Of a stretch of 64,000 nucleotides of DNA, positions 26,001 to 39,586 are shown one piece after another. Made by a program: the position numbers and the translations under genes. The DNA lies in assembly GCA_000934665.2 (NCBI GenBank), contig JYFJ02001015.1, positions 1 through 64,000 on the forward strand, read 5' to 3'. The notes under the pieces are model-generated. The model did no database searches, was not told the DNA's origin, and saw nothing but the letters and a program-made list of their open reading frames with translations. The stretch's first letter is position 1. Each line of letters starts with the position of its first letter. The DNA comes from Catajapyx aquilonaris. Taxonomy: Eukaryota.

Positions 26001-28229
26001 ACTGGCAATAGACAGTTTTTAATTTTTTCTTCCATTGTTGGAATGCTTCTTGGAATGCACTTTCTGTGATGGTGCGCAGTGCTATGGTCGCATTGTCCTG
26101 AATAGCCTCTATGGTTCAGAAATGACGTCACTTCAAATTGGTTTTAAGTTTTGAATATAGCAAAAAGTCTGCTGGGGCTAAGTCCAGAGAATAGGATGGA
26201 TTGGCACAATGGATGTCTGATGTTTTGCCAGATAACTGATGACAAGGAGCAAGGTGTGAGCCGGCGCATTGCCATGGAGCAATATCCAAGTCTGGCTGTC
26301 CCACAATTTAGGCCTTTCCTGGGCACAGCAGCCCTCAAACGCACTCAAATATTCTGGTACAACAGTGTTTGTCTGCCAATTTGACAACATGGTCCAAATT
26401 CATGAAGAACACTGCCTTTCCAATCCAAAAACACAACCAACATCACCTTGACCTTTGACTGACTGATCTGTGCCTCTTTTGATATAGGAGACCCTTCCCA
26501 AGTATGCTTGTCAAAGCAATTGAAATGTGTCTGTAAAATTTCTACAAATTTTTTCGCGAAATTTCACACAAACACATTGTTTTTCAAGCACTCTCATTTT
26601 CACTTTCTCACTAATTTGACGAACAGATTGTCGAAGTGCTCACTTAAGTGGATGTATCTCGATGACCAATGGTCATAGCAGAATGCGGCAAATTGCAATT
26701 TGTTGTCAAGACATGTCGCTAGCTGCAGTCAGTAGCCTCAATACGCTCTTTGTGCCGGTTGACACCCTATTTAAAAAGTTCGGTTTCTTTTTGATCAGCC
26801 CTCGTATATTGCAATATTGCAATATTGAGCTTGTCACCAATTCATGGTGTTTTTAAAAACCCATCAACTGTACATATTTGCACTGATGAATTCTGTAGCA
26901 CATTAATAGGACTTTGCTTGATGAAACTTCTTGTAATTATCAGCAATTGAGTGGTAATACTATAGCGGTCAAAGGTATCACCAAAGGTATTCCAATCATT
27001 ATACTGTACAATTATTCATCATCAAAAAGAAACCTTAGTATTCTAATGCACTACTCGACTACTGCAATGAAACCCTGCCAGTGAAGTTGATAATGAAGAC
27101 CTCAGGGGAAGAACGATCTAGGTCCACTTTTTGTCAAAGATTAGTTACATGTCTCAGAAGATAGTTTCACTAGTGTAGAATATGATGGTTTGGTCATGGT
27201 TGTGGAGTAATTAAGGCCCCGAAAATGGTATTTACAACAGAACCTTATGGGCCTTCGAAATTTAAAATTTGAATATCTCAGTTTCACCTGAGATGGACCT
27301 TGATTGTTCTTCCCCAAAGGTCTTCATATTTGCCTTCTTGAAACACCTACTGACAGTAGGCTCTTAAGATTATCCCATATGGAAATATGCCAAAGGTATT
27401 TAGAAGTGACCTTGACTGCAGAGAGACTACTGCTTGGTACCCTGTGTATTCAATATTATTTTGTAAGTAGGCTAACTGCTTCTTATTTGAAAAAAATTCT
27501 AAACCCCTCTTACAGTAACTAAGTGATTTGAAACAGTGATAACAATGATCTAGAATTGCTTTGCACCAGATATACTTTCCCTTGCCTGTTTCCAATTTGA
27601 CTTTCTCCCTTGTCCATGGGATTTACCCTGAATTTCTTTCATGATCCAAGAGCCGTAGCAGCAGTGGTTTGCGTTAGAAGGTCAACTGTCGAACACACCT
27701 GGAATCATACCAGCAACTTTGGCTAACTGAGTGTTACGGTATGTTATTTCTTTGAACTTTTTGTGAAATGATATTGTCACATCAGCATGAGTGCCACAAT
27801 CAATGAACACTCTCGTCAGTGTGCCAGTCAGAGTACAGACACCACACAATTAACCTTAGGTGAGTGGCCTTGCTTTTGTTATGTACAACAAGTAGCCACG
27901 ATATGCCACCGTTCACAATCAGTCTGATGAGATTGTCCACTCACAAACGCAGGTGTACACTTGTTGTGTAATCAGATAATCACTAATCTTTCAATGCTTC
28001 CATAGAGAATTATGAGGTCTAAACTAAGTGGTGCATTCTTCATAGTTGAGTGGCCGACCTCCGAACCATTGTATGGTTTGGCACCAAACCAAGTCCCTCT
28101 TAAAACAATGGTACAGCTACGATAATCACCAATGTCAATGGCAAACCGCTTGGCATTCCTCAGGTTCCTGAAGACCTCGATGGTGTCCGGAAGCTCAATG
28201 CTCTTGGCGTCATTCTTTCGTCCGTCCAT
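20082..28229 (-). CDS. PANK4: Pantothenate kinase 4 (type II PanK + DUF89/ARMT1-like phosphatase), 12 exons
   Basis: Exons 28229-28130, 25794-25700, 25625-25417, 25342-25159, 23191-22930, 22861-22592, 22427-22061, 21790-21703, 21430-21226, 21166-21009, 20795-20626, 20295-20082; motifs [66 protein letters not shown]. Confidence 0.96.
20445..20523. repeat. Short palindromic MITE remnant; family also at ~38383-38543 and ~47720-47879
   Basis: Shared core ATGTGAGCGATTTGA...AAATTGCTCACATGTA in inverted orientation at three loci. Confidence 0.6.
24000..24416 (+). repeat. 417-bp direct duplicate of 23212-23628, probable assembly artefact
   Basis: Near-identical (two differences seen); bounded exactly by single N at 23999 and 24417. 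Confidence 0.85.
25916..26804 (-). mobile_element. Degenerate mariner element in PANK4 intron 1
   Basis: TA flanks, CGAGGGCTGATCAAAAAG end; peptide [12 protein letters not shown]...YLAKHQ matches mariner HDNAPAH region; stops and frameshifts. Confidence 0.8.
27093..27330. mobile_element. MITE family copy 1 (ATGAAGACC ends)
   Basis: Reverse-complement homologue of 41509-41766. Confidence 0.7.
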
Positions 28230-30190
28230 CGCCTTAGTCGCACCAGTCGTGGTGACAGCCCGCCGATGTCCTCCGCGGGGTCGTCCGATGAGGGCCAGGA
28301 GCGCACTCCCGATCCAGGACACAGACAGTCCTATCCCACCCGTACTTGAAACCCTACTTCTTCACGCCAGATTATCGGAGAAAGTCGGCAGGGTGAAAGC
28401 AGGGCTGGAAAAAGGTCGCAGTGAAAGTCAGACGCAACTTGAGGCGATCGCCATCTTTGAACCGGTCAGGGGTGCCAACAGGATGGAAATGTCACCCTCT
28501 CTCGATACGGTACCGTATCGGTCAGAGGAGGATGGCCAGGGGGTCAAGAGTATCGACCTTTCGCACAGGAAGGGCGATTCATCGACCCCGCAACACTCTC
28601 ACTGCATGGAACAGTAGAAGCAGAGCACTACAACTCATGAGGATGTAATTAGCACATGACCTTGCAATCACCTCCCCACCCCCGCCTTCCCATTGTCCTG
28701 CCAACCTGATTAGAATTACTCATGATTAAGCATAATCTTTCCATAATGAAGCAGTTGGGGCCCACTTGAGATCATATAGGAAAGCAGCCAACTCAGCGCC
28801 ATCCACCAACAAAAAAATACTAATAGGCATTACCTATCATGCTACAATAACTCCACTTTTAAATTTCTTTTTAAAATTTATTGGTGTGGAAAATTATGTG
28901 CAGCAGTTAATCAAAATGAAAGGTACTCTTCGTCATAATATAGTAGTTATACTCTTAATCATATGTACACATGCAAATATTTCTTTGGTTCAAGTCTTCA
29001 TTCACAGACAGTTTAATAAGGTTCTCTTTAATTTAGGCTATGCTTTTTGGAATAGCATCACATTGGCAACAGAAGGTGCCAGAAATTGTGATGTAACTAG
29101 TCAATATTACAGGTGGTACACATTCGTTGATAATATTACCTTCACGAAATGTCCAATAACGATTACACTTCACTGCGTGCTTCATAATTTAGCTCGCATC
29201 CGTTTCAGCAGAAATGTTGCACACACCTGCAATATTCCTATTGGTGCCCTGAGAGGTTGCGGGGAAGTTGGCCATGGGGAAGCATGTTCAGTTCCTTTCA
29301 CCAACTCACATTCATCAGGTGTACTTTGTTCAAAAGTAGCCAACATGATGCAAACGCGTCACCAACATTTCAGTCAATACGGATGCAAGCTAAAATATTA
29401 AACACGTGGCACATATAATTATATACAATCAATGAGTTTGGAGCAATAAAGCCATGATATTTTGTCCTCGTTTCAGAAGATAACTACCGCTGGATGGGAA
29501 ATGTGATGTGATGTACATGATGCTGCGAAAAATAGAAACAAGAAAAAGGAAAGACGCAACATGCATGCAGAATAGCTATATAGTCTGAATGGAAATAATG
29601 TGTTCTGGAAACTAAAAATGTGTACATCACAATGTTTCAAGTCCGCACAAGATTTTGCTTGAAATGGATGATGTCAATGTTTAAAATGTTACACCATAAG
29701 CATTTGGCACTAAACAAATCCCTCCACCAAAACCCTTGGAAAGATTTCCAGAATTAGGACCAATACACAACACTACAAAAATAATCACAGTACATGTTTG
29801 TAAATGTACGTAAGTATGAGATAACACCTGCTCATATGTCTAGTTAACACGCTAAAAGGCAACATCTTCTTGATAGAAACACGTGTACAAATCTGTTCTT
29901 TTTGTATGCACCTGATGGGGAAAAAATTATAATAGCTAGTTGCAGAGAAAATATGTCAGTCGCTGCTCGTCTCACAAACGTCCACTTTTCAACACACACT
30001 TTCAACAATAACAACATGAGTCTCTGCAGTAATAAATCCTTGCTACCTCCTTTCCAAACAGCAAATAAAAATCACTCGGGATTTTTTATATTTCCATTTG
30101 GGGTCCATTCACTCTACAGTTTGTAAAACCTCCATCTATCTTTATCCCTGACTAGCCCTGGCACTGTGCTCCTATAAATTGGATGAGGTT

Positions 30191-32887
30191 TCAGATGACA
30201 AGATCTGATCGACGGTGATGACCGGAAGAAGAAGAGCTGCTCTGTGATGTAGGGGATGTGATTGTGGCCTCAATGGCGATCTCAATGGGGGTGTTGACAG
30301 GGTGGGCAACTGGAGGGCCATTGTTGATGGAATGTTCAGTTGATACGAACATGCCAGTCCCAGCCACTGAAGAAGGAAGCCATGAGTAAGTGTAAGGTTT
30401 AATTAATCTGCCTCGAATTTGACGCAATTCAGACTTAGACTAAACTTAGAGTAAATCAGACTGAGAAATGCGTTCACATGTATGAAACAAAAATGAAACT
30501 GTTGATCCAAACAAATCTTGTAAATCGGTGTTTGAGGCTTTGCAGCCAATTTCCAATATTTACATCAATAACAATGCTCATATCTGCCACCTCTTTCATA
30601 CATACACGATACACTGACATTCACTACCACAAAATGACGAACACAATCATTGCATCCTACAACTCTCCCCAATTAATAAGGTTCTAACCAGTGAGAGGAC
30701 ATACCGCCTCCTCGAACCCAGACTGAATTTCGCCCAGGGGAAGTCTAGAGAGACCCACCAGAAGTTTGCTCACTGCCGTCTATCCTTGACCCTGCTTCAC
30801 GTCGCTTCTTCCTCACAGACACATCTTCCATGTCAGTTTCATCTTCCTCCATCACAGTGGAGCTGTGGTGATGAGAACTCTCGGCGCTGAAGTACTCCTC
30901 GTCCTTGTCCTGAGCAAAGCCTTCGTTGCTGTAGCCCATTGCTCCTGCCTCCTCCATCTTCTCTTCACTCTCCTTGTCCTCTTCCCCAGCCATCCTTCCA
31001 GATCCATTTTCTAAGGAGCCATCGCCAGAACTGGAGTCCTCATCTGATCTATTTGACCTGCTCCTTGCTCTCTGGAATGGGTTTTCCTGAAAGAGGGGAC
31101 CACATTTAAGGGGAGGATAAAGTAAATTTGGACCCCCCTTCAAGTTCCACCTCTGGTTGAATGAGGTGGAACTCGATGCCCATTCATCTCTCTGCCAAAG
31201 CAGAAATCTAGTCTACTGCTTGTATCCCTCTCCCTCGCCCAATGAGCGTATCGATTACTAATTTAGGGCCAACACCAGAAAGGGGTATTATTTTTGTCTC
31301 TTTAAATGTGTCTTTGTCAATATCAACTCAAATGTCATGTAACTTACTGCCTGTGGCACAAAGGTCCCTCCCTGAGTTCCATAACCTCCTGGATGAAGCA
31401 AGGGTGCAGTTTCATCATCCGAATCACTTTCAGAATCTGAGAAATGCTCATCTTGGGCAAACACCTTCCTCTTGCAAACGGGACAAACTCGCTTATTCTT
31501 GGTGAGCCAGGGGTCAATGCATTTGCAGTGGTAAGCATGGGCGCAGGGGAGGATCCTAAGCTTTTCCCCTTCTGTATAATCCTCCAGGCAAATGGCGCAT
31601 GTTTCATAAGGGTCCCCCCGCTTGAATTTTGACGTCGGGATCTTCCGTAGGGAAGAGGTAGGCAGGCGATGGCGACGCTGTCTACGATGATCCTTAATGC
31701 ACTTCACTATCTGCATAAGAGACATGAGAAGTGAAATGGTAATGAGCTCATATCTCGTATATTCTGTAAGGTAATCTGTAATCTTGAACTTACCATGAAC
31801 ATCAGCATGATGAGGAAAGATATGCCAACAACAATAGCAAATGGAAGCAGGTAGCTATTAAAATTTATGGGTGGCTCTTCTACTAGAACAACATATGATC
31901 TGGAACAGAGAGAAAAATAATTTTTTTTTGGTTCCTAGTTTCTGCAAATATAGTACAAGAGCTGTACTGCCATCCAAAGGCAAAATGCAATACATGCACG
32001 TTTGGTCACGTTGAGAAAAAATTGTAGTCCATTTTTAGCAATAACTTAGGTTAACAGGTATTGCCTTTTCTGAAACTCAGGTTCTACGAAAAACAGGCCA
32101 AGGTTTTTAAAAAAATCTGCAATTTACAGCATGTTAGTTACCTACCAAATTTTAAATATGAATATTTTGCTCTGCCATTAGAAGGCAGTACAGCTTTAGT
32201 GAGACATCCTTCCATACGCACATAATAGAAAAGTATTAGCTACAAAATATTATGCCAAACCAAATCATGCATTCAGTCTCTAAACTGCAAATATTTACAA
32301 TTCGGGATGGCCCACTGGAACAATTATTGGCATCTCATGTCAATGACAGTTCAACTTCGTGCCTGGCATGGCCTGGCATGGCAACAAACGTACCCTGTGG
32401 TGTACTGGTAGTGCTTTCGTATGTTATCTCCATCATCCTGCCCAATAAAGACAGCTGGAATATAGATGTCCTCAGAATGGTCAGCCCACATAGTCTCCAG
32501 TGCATTGGATCCCACGTTGTGTACAATAACAGCACTGTAGCTGGCATTTTGGGCCATGCGCACCTTTGTGTCAAAGTTGCACCCAAATCTGTGTGCCAGT
32601 AGGATCCAATTCCCAGTGTACTCTGGCAATGCTGGAGGCATCTGCACTGGTAAGCAAGCATTTCCAGGATGAGCATACACCACCTTGCCCCTCAGCCCTT
32701 TGAGAGGAAGCCTGGGCCCGAACTCTGCTGGAAGGTCTGGGTATATCCTCTGGGTGGAGTTGGACTTGTCCTCCACCACCACCTCTGCCCCCACCAGGGC
32801 CATGTGGGTGCAGAGGCTTAGTGAGTTGACCACTGTGAACACGTACAGGGCCGTGATGTGGCGGGGGAGGGGACAGTGGGGAAACAT
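30191..32887 (-). CDS. RNF13: PA-TM-RING E3 ubiquitin ligase RNF13/RNF167 (godzilla-like), 5 coding exons
   Basis: Exons 32887-32394 (signal + PA domain: RFGCNFDTKVRMAQNASYSAVIVHN), 31899-31794 (TM), 31710-31348 (RING-H2 CAICLEDY...HAYHCKCIDPWL...CPVC), 31086-~30759 (acidic, donor uncertain), 30366-30191. Confidence 0.9.
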
Positions 32888-35800
32888 GGCTGCTGAGGGC
32901 CAGTTCGGTTGTGCTTCACCAAGGAGGGATTTTGGACGAAGGGAATTTGCATTTCAGTGACACTGCGAATGGGAACATCTTAGGCTGGTGCAGCCACTGC
33001 CTGGAATTAGAAAGAAAACAAAAGATCAGCACAGAACTGCAGAAAACAGAAGGTGTGACAATGAAACAGCCATAAGTGAAAGTTTTCAACACAAAAACCA
33101 TACATCAAATAAAAAAAATTGGCATGTAAAAGCCTAGGAGTGACCAAGAGACAGAATAATAGACCTCATGATATGTTTGACAGAGGTTTACAAAATTTGG
33201 TATGACATTCAAATAATTCTTGACCAACATGACGCTTGCTGGTATGCAGGTTGTTGGAGGAAAATCTTTAAACGATAGTTACACCCAAATTATTATTTCA
33301 TTATGAGTGCCCCTTAGAAGCCCTGCCAATGAGAAGCTGACTGTTACACAGAGCACAGATGTGTGGGTTGAAGCAATCATACGAATATGTGCATTCACCA
33401 GCATGAGTAGTTAATCTAATAAGGATTTGAGACCTAAAGGTCTGAAAGATTTCAACTGACAGTCATGGATCTTCTCGCCTTCACCTGAGGCATGTTACAA
33501 ATGAGTTCAACACAACTGTTACGCATCCTTTTCACATGAAAAACTACACAAGCTCCTTACCAGGTATGCTTCATTTGCAATGCAAGGTCATGACCCGTAC
33601 AACTTGAGTTGGTGCATCAGTGGTGACATAATATGATGATTGGACAAGGACTAAGACTTTCTGGTAATTTCCCGAATTTCAGAAGGCAAGTGAATGACAC
33701 AGTACATTGTAGACAACATATTATGCAAAATTCATTTTTCAAACTTATCTTCAATTTCACCAGTGATATGTCTTTTCAATATTACTGTCTACAATGCTCC
33801 CACACAATTTGTCAAGAAAAAAAACGACTACTTTTTACAGGACATCTTGCAACTGAACAAATTGCTACATGTTACTTACTTGAATTAACACGAGATGTGC
33901 CAATAAGTTATCTCTAACACATAATTCACTACATGCATGTCAAATGTCATGCAGTTTCGTCTCCACTTGCGAGGTCTGATGAGAATGCACTGAATTTATC
34001 ACATTCAAGGGCACACAAGCATCATGGCAGCTACTTGCAAAGATTATAAGTCACGTACATTCAGAGCCAAAGCCCAGTCCTGTCATATCATTAGTCACCA
34101 ATAGCATCTGAGTCATTGATTGAGTCGTCCAAACTTATTAGACACCCCCCAAGCTGGTTGATGACTGCCAACCTGCAATTCCCACAAGGGGTTCACAAAG
34201 GGTTGAAGGCATATCTTTCTCTACTCGTTTGGTAATCACCCTGTCACTGAATGTCCCAAGAGGCTGTGAGATAAAGGGTGGTACAGAGAGCAAAGACCTG
34301 TGTAAGTATCTCACAATCCTTTATGGCAAAAAAGCGCACTATTTGCCACAAAAAATTGTCATACAACTTGATCACGTCTTCCTAGTTTCACAATCGCACC
34401 AAGCTAACTTGGAAAAAGAAACTTACGCGGTGTTGTCAGAAAACAGGTCAGTAACATGCAGTTAATCAAGCTGAAGGTAATCGCTATAAGCAAAGAAATT
34501 GTTTCTTATCTTCCAAACCAACAGCAGTCGCCAAGTACAATGCAAAGATGCCCCTTTTATGACAGATTAAAGAAAGTAGTGCCCTACGACATGCTAACTG
34601 CTGCAGCCATGATGGGCAGAGTTGAGATTCAATTTGTTCCTGGATCAGACTTTGACTCCCTGCAAGGTCACTTATTTCAACACTCAGAAAGATGTTGCCC
34701 AGCACCATTTTTCAAGGACATGTGTTACTGCAGCACGAACATATTCCACCCTTTTTGCTTTGTTCCCAAGCACTGATGCACTCAGCCTATTGAACAACAA
34801 GTACTGTAATAATTATCCACGTACTCTTCTAAGCCCAAATAGGTCACACATATGGCAACTATGTCTCTACGTAGACAAAGACAACCCTTTTTCTCTCCTA
34901 TTGCTAGGGCCTAAGATTAAGCAGGGGGAGGAGGGGGAGTGATTATCGTGAAATATAGACACAGACTTATGTTGCAACAGCATTCATAGTCAGACCTCGT
35001 AAGCAGTTGCAACCTCACACAGCCCAGTAAAAAATTGCTGAGGTAACTGACTTGTATATCCATAGTGCTGTCAATACCGCTGTAAAAAAATACAAGTTTT
35101 TCCACAGGCTTCCCCTTCTGCACTGAAGAAGTTATATATAACTAGTGTGTGTGTAGGCTAATAAGGTACCAGTTTATATCAATAAAGCCCTGGCAACTCT
35201 CACCTGAAAAAAAAAAAACTTCTGCCCATGAAGGTTATCAATCAATATGACTCTAAAGGTAATGTATGAAAAATGAGAGAACGATCTGACGCCATCACAG
35301 TTTCCATGGAAATATTCTCACAGAACAATATGAGTAAACACTGTCAACAAAAAGCAACAATGGAAGAAACGATGACGTCACATCGTTCTCCCGTTTTCCG
35401 TACGTTATACACTGTGAAAAAGAAAATGCGCACTTGTTATGCTGGCAATGAAATGAAACTGATTTACATGTTGTGTGAAACTAATTCTGCACTTTGTCCT
35501 TGCAGCAGCACTGGTACACTTAAGAGTTCTCTTGTATACAGGCTATCTGGCTGAGAAGGTTTGACATATGCCTTACACAATTCACGACCAATTCGCAATC
35601 AAATTTGCAACTTATGGTCTCCTATGACGTTAATTTAATCCTAAAAAAAGAGCCATGATGAAACCTTGGGACTCTATTAATAGCAGTGAAGATTTGCGAA
35701 GGTTACTGGTTACAGGAATTGTTTGTATGCAGGACAATGGCTCAATATGTGATAAGAACAAAAACATTCCCTTCTGTGAAAAAAAGGGTAGTAAGACCTC

Positions 35801-36893
35801 TGTGGCGGAATAAAAGTACTGAAACAAGACAGGAGCAAGTAAGACCTTCACCAATTGATTTAAGCTGTACCATAGGTCTTACTCAAGCAATTTCCTGTTT
35901 ACTACTCATGAAATCTCCTTTTTGAAAACAGTTTTGTGGAATTTTCGTCGTAACTTACTACTTGTTACTTCTATCTTAGCAGTACCAGTGTAGTGCAACG
36001 GTACTGCGAAGTTAGCAGTAACTGTAGTTAATAGTAGTACGATGACAATTCCACCCATTAATTTTCCATGAGCCACTCCATGTAAGTGTTTTCTGAAATT
36101 AGGAACTTCAATATTACGCATATTGAATTTCTGTACAACTGGTGTGAATTTATTGCCATGAAACATTCATGCAGAATCGTCACCTCTTTTAGATGCTGAT
36201 TTTAACTACTATTCTGGAGCAAACATTTTCAAGTCTGTGAGGATGGGTTTTTTTCTCATTTTTTTCCCTTTTCAAAATAAAACCCAGCCTACTGCTCTGA
36301 GTAGTTTGCATGCTCAGTAATTTTTACAAGCCTTTCCATACAGTACTTCAGAATTGTTTGAGTCAGACCTATGGTACACCTTAAATCAATTGGTGAAGGT
36401 CTTACATGCGCCTGCCTTGTTTCAGTACTTTCATTCCGCCACGGAGGTCTTACTACCCTTTTTTTTTCACTGAAGGGAATGTTTTTGCTCTTATTTCAGT
36501 TCTTTTTTTAAACCCCTTCGCTACCAGCTATACCGCCATCGTATCGTATAGATTTTCTCATACACATACTCTGAAGATCAGGAGCAGATATTTTACAAAT
36601 AATAACAGCCATAGTGCTATACGTATCATATCATACTAACACGTTTATGCTGTACACTACAGTCTAAGTCTGCACTATGAATGTATTTGACACGATTTTC
36701 GTCGCTTAGAAGTCCCTAAAATGATTTTCACAGCTAGATAGTCGTACAAAAATGAAATTCGAGTGCTACCAGCCAACTGTTTGTGTGATTTAATTATGAA
36801 ATAGCCTATACGTTAAAATATACAAAATATCTACATTTAGAACCGTACCCATTGTGAATCGGGTGCTCTAACCACTGAGCTACCAGGAGCTGA

Positions 36894-37045
36894 ACCGTAC
36901 CAGACGAAGTTGCTGAAATCGCGGTACTTTGCAAGAATTAAATGAATACTTATGTGCGGCTTGCTTCCAACACATCTGAAAACTCCCAAACTGATTTAAT
37001 TTTTGCAAAATGCGACGATCTCAGCAAAATCGTCTGGCACGTTTC
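36894..37045. repeat. Imperfect palindrome, MITE-like
   Basis: CCAGACGAAGTTGCTGAAATCG vs CGATCTCAGCAAAATCGTCTGG inverted arms. Confidence 0.5.
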
Positions 37046-39586
37046 TCAAGGTAGATATTCCGCATACCGAAACATAATTTCATAATTAAATCAGCTTAAC
37101 GGCCATTTCACAAAAAAACGTCGTGCAGCAAAAGGTGCGCGTTGCGGCATATTAATTATTTATATTTATTATTGCCAACAATTAATAACAATTGGCGGGG
37201 CAGGCGTTTGCCGCTTGTCGCTGCCGCAAAATCTTTTTGCGTTTTGGCCTTAAGAGTTGGCTGGTAATACCTGGTGATGGCGATGGCAATATAGCAGGCA
37301 GCAAACGGGTTAATAATGCAGTTGAATCCACGCGGATCTAGCAAACTTCAAGAGACCACGGAAAAGGTCTGTTGTAGCTGAATCGTCATGCAACGAAAAC
37401 AGAGATTTCTGCTTTCAATATGGCTGTAATATGCACTACTGTACTACATACCAATTAATGAAATCTGTCAAAAATGCAATATTAGCTCACCCGAAAATTA
37501 TGCAGGACCAAAAGATCCGAAATTTTCTTCTGCCGTCTCCTTTTTGTAAATGTTATACATGAAAAACTATGGCATATTTTCCCACCGAGGGGCCAAGAAA
37601 TGGTCTGTTATACCCGAAGTGAGGTGAAAATGAGTCTTGTTAAATCAGGAGTCAAATACACAGGGCCTTATGGAAGCATCCTGGGATCTGCCTTTATAAC
37701 CATAAGTCTGTTACAGCCGAGGCTGTTATATATCCGGATTCAACTGTAACAAATACAACGCGTTCACCCCAGAGCAGCAGGGTAACATTTCGCTGACAAT
37801 ATGGCGAGGTGGTATATAAGAATTGACATTGCTAGGTTATGGAATCATGAACAAATGAAATAATGACGGAAAAATTTTGGGGGGAAAAAATACTAACTTC
37901 AATTCTGTAGCAGGTGGAACTGTGAGGTTTCGAACATAGATCCGGACCATCCTACAGCGCATTCGGCCCATTGAAGAAAAGCCGAATTCTGAATAGTTAT
38001 TGAGCAAAAAAATAAAGATGAATTCTTTAGTGGTTTTGAATTTTTTCTGCGACGTTCTGAAGAGGAATTGAGTTTAGCTGTTGGTGGGAATGCACTTCAC
38101 AACGGTGGGGATCTGATCAAAATTTGGAAGCTCTACCTACAGCAGAACTTGAGTTAGAGTGATTTAAAAAAACGTAAGAACAAGAAGATGATGATGTTGG
38201 AAAAATTCATTGTTGAAATGCTTTGCTACGGTCTAGGGCCTATCGCCACTAAAATAATATTCAAAAGTACCAGAAAAGTAGTCCAAAAGAACAATCAAAA
38301 TCTGTGCCAAAATTTAATATATTAGTAAACAAGATAATTTCTGAAGCTCCCTAAAACCAATACTTCCTGCCTCTACAAGCATAAAGGTGCGTTTAGATGT
38401 GAGCGATTTGATCGCGCGATGTCATCGCTGAGCGATGAATCCAATTGTTCGGAGCGAAAGTAACAATCACAGTAACAATCGTAGCTCTGGTTGCTCAGCG
38501 ATGACATCTCGTGATCAAATTGCTCACATGTAAATGCACCTTAATTCCAACCCACACCCTATACTCTCCATGACTGGCTTAAACATTGACCAAGAAATTC
38601 TTCACCATGGATTTTAAAAGTAAGGGTGTGTTTCCCATGTTTAAGAAAGTTATGTAACATTTTTCCATGGCAGATTTCATAATTATTCTAATATGCACTG
38701 TTATTGCAGCGCAACAAAATGAAAGCAACTGAATAAAATTTTTACTGGTGTTACCTAAAGCACCATGCCATAATGAATGGATGATTACGAGACTTCCTTT
38801 ACATTTGACAGAATAGACACAATACAAGTCCTGTCTACGTATAACTTCCTCAGTCGTAATTGTTACTCAGGTCTTTGGAGTTAGCTTAGTTATTTCTTTC
38901 AAGCTGTGCCACATGACCTGCAACTATTATCCACACAGTTTTCCAAATGATCCAGTGTCACTTGGTGCAAGGCCTAGCTGCTTTGGAATTCAGAACATTT
39001 GCATTCACAAGAAACGTTAGAAGTCTAATCATCAAGCTTTGCCCACTCAATTGCAAATATTGGACAGCATGGCGGAATGTCCATTGCTGTATATTTGTCC
39101 CCCACTAGTGGCACATCCTCCCCGATTCTATGCAGCCAAAGTGATGCTCTGTGTGCACCAATATTACCAGTCATACAACCACCTCCTGACACACACACAC
39201 TGTGAGGCACACCCAGTAAATTCAGGTCGCACCATTGAAGATGCAGCCTGAACCTCAAGTTTGGCCCGTTCTAGTTTGGTAGCGCAAACCCAGGGTTCAG
39301 GCTAAACCTCTGAACAGAGCACAACCAGCCTTAAAACTCATTAACAAAAATAGTTCTGGTACCGACCCCTACATCCATCCAGAGAGTCCCAAAGGAAGAC
39401 CCGTCCCATGCACAGAGGACCGACGGACGGACACCATTTGCGTCACTACTTACATGTGATGATCCTCGGTTGACTGTGACTTCCGCTCTTTTCAGGTTTA
39501 CTCGGTTTACTTCTACCGCACCCACAAAAATAATCGGAACAATATTTGTGATTCCGGGTGGGCGCATGTAAAGGGCGTTAACTTAC

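Noticed and set aside
28132..28617. 161-aa plus-strand ORF
   Set aside because: Antisense shadow of GC-rich PANK4 exon 1 and leader
28766..29401. 211-aa plus-strand ORF
   Set aside because: TTG start, no motif, AT-rich; antisense to the probable RNF13 3'UTR (minus-strand AATAAA near 28880)
36848..36890. tRNA-like 5' half on the minus strand (GGTAGCTCAGTGGTTAGAGCA)
   Set aside because: No T arm or B box; probably a truncated SINE head, not a tRNA gene
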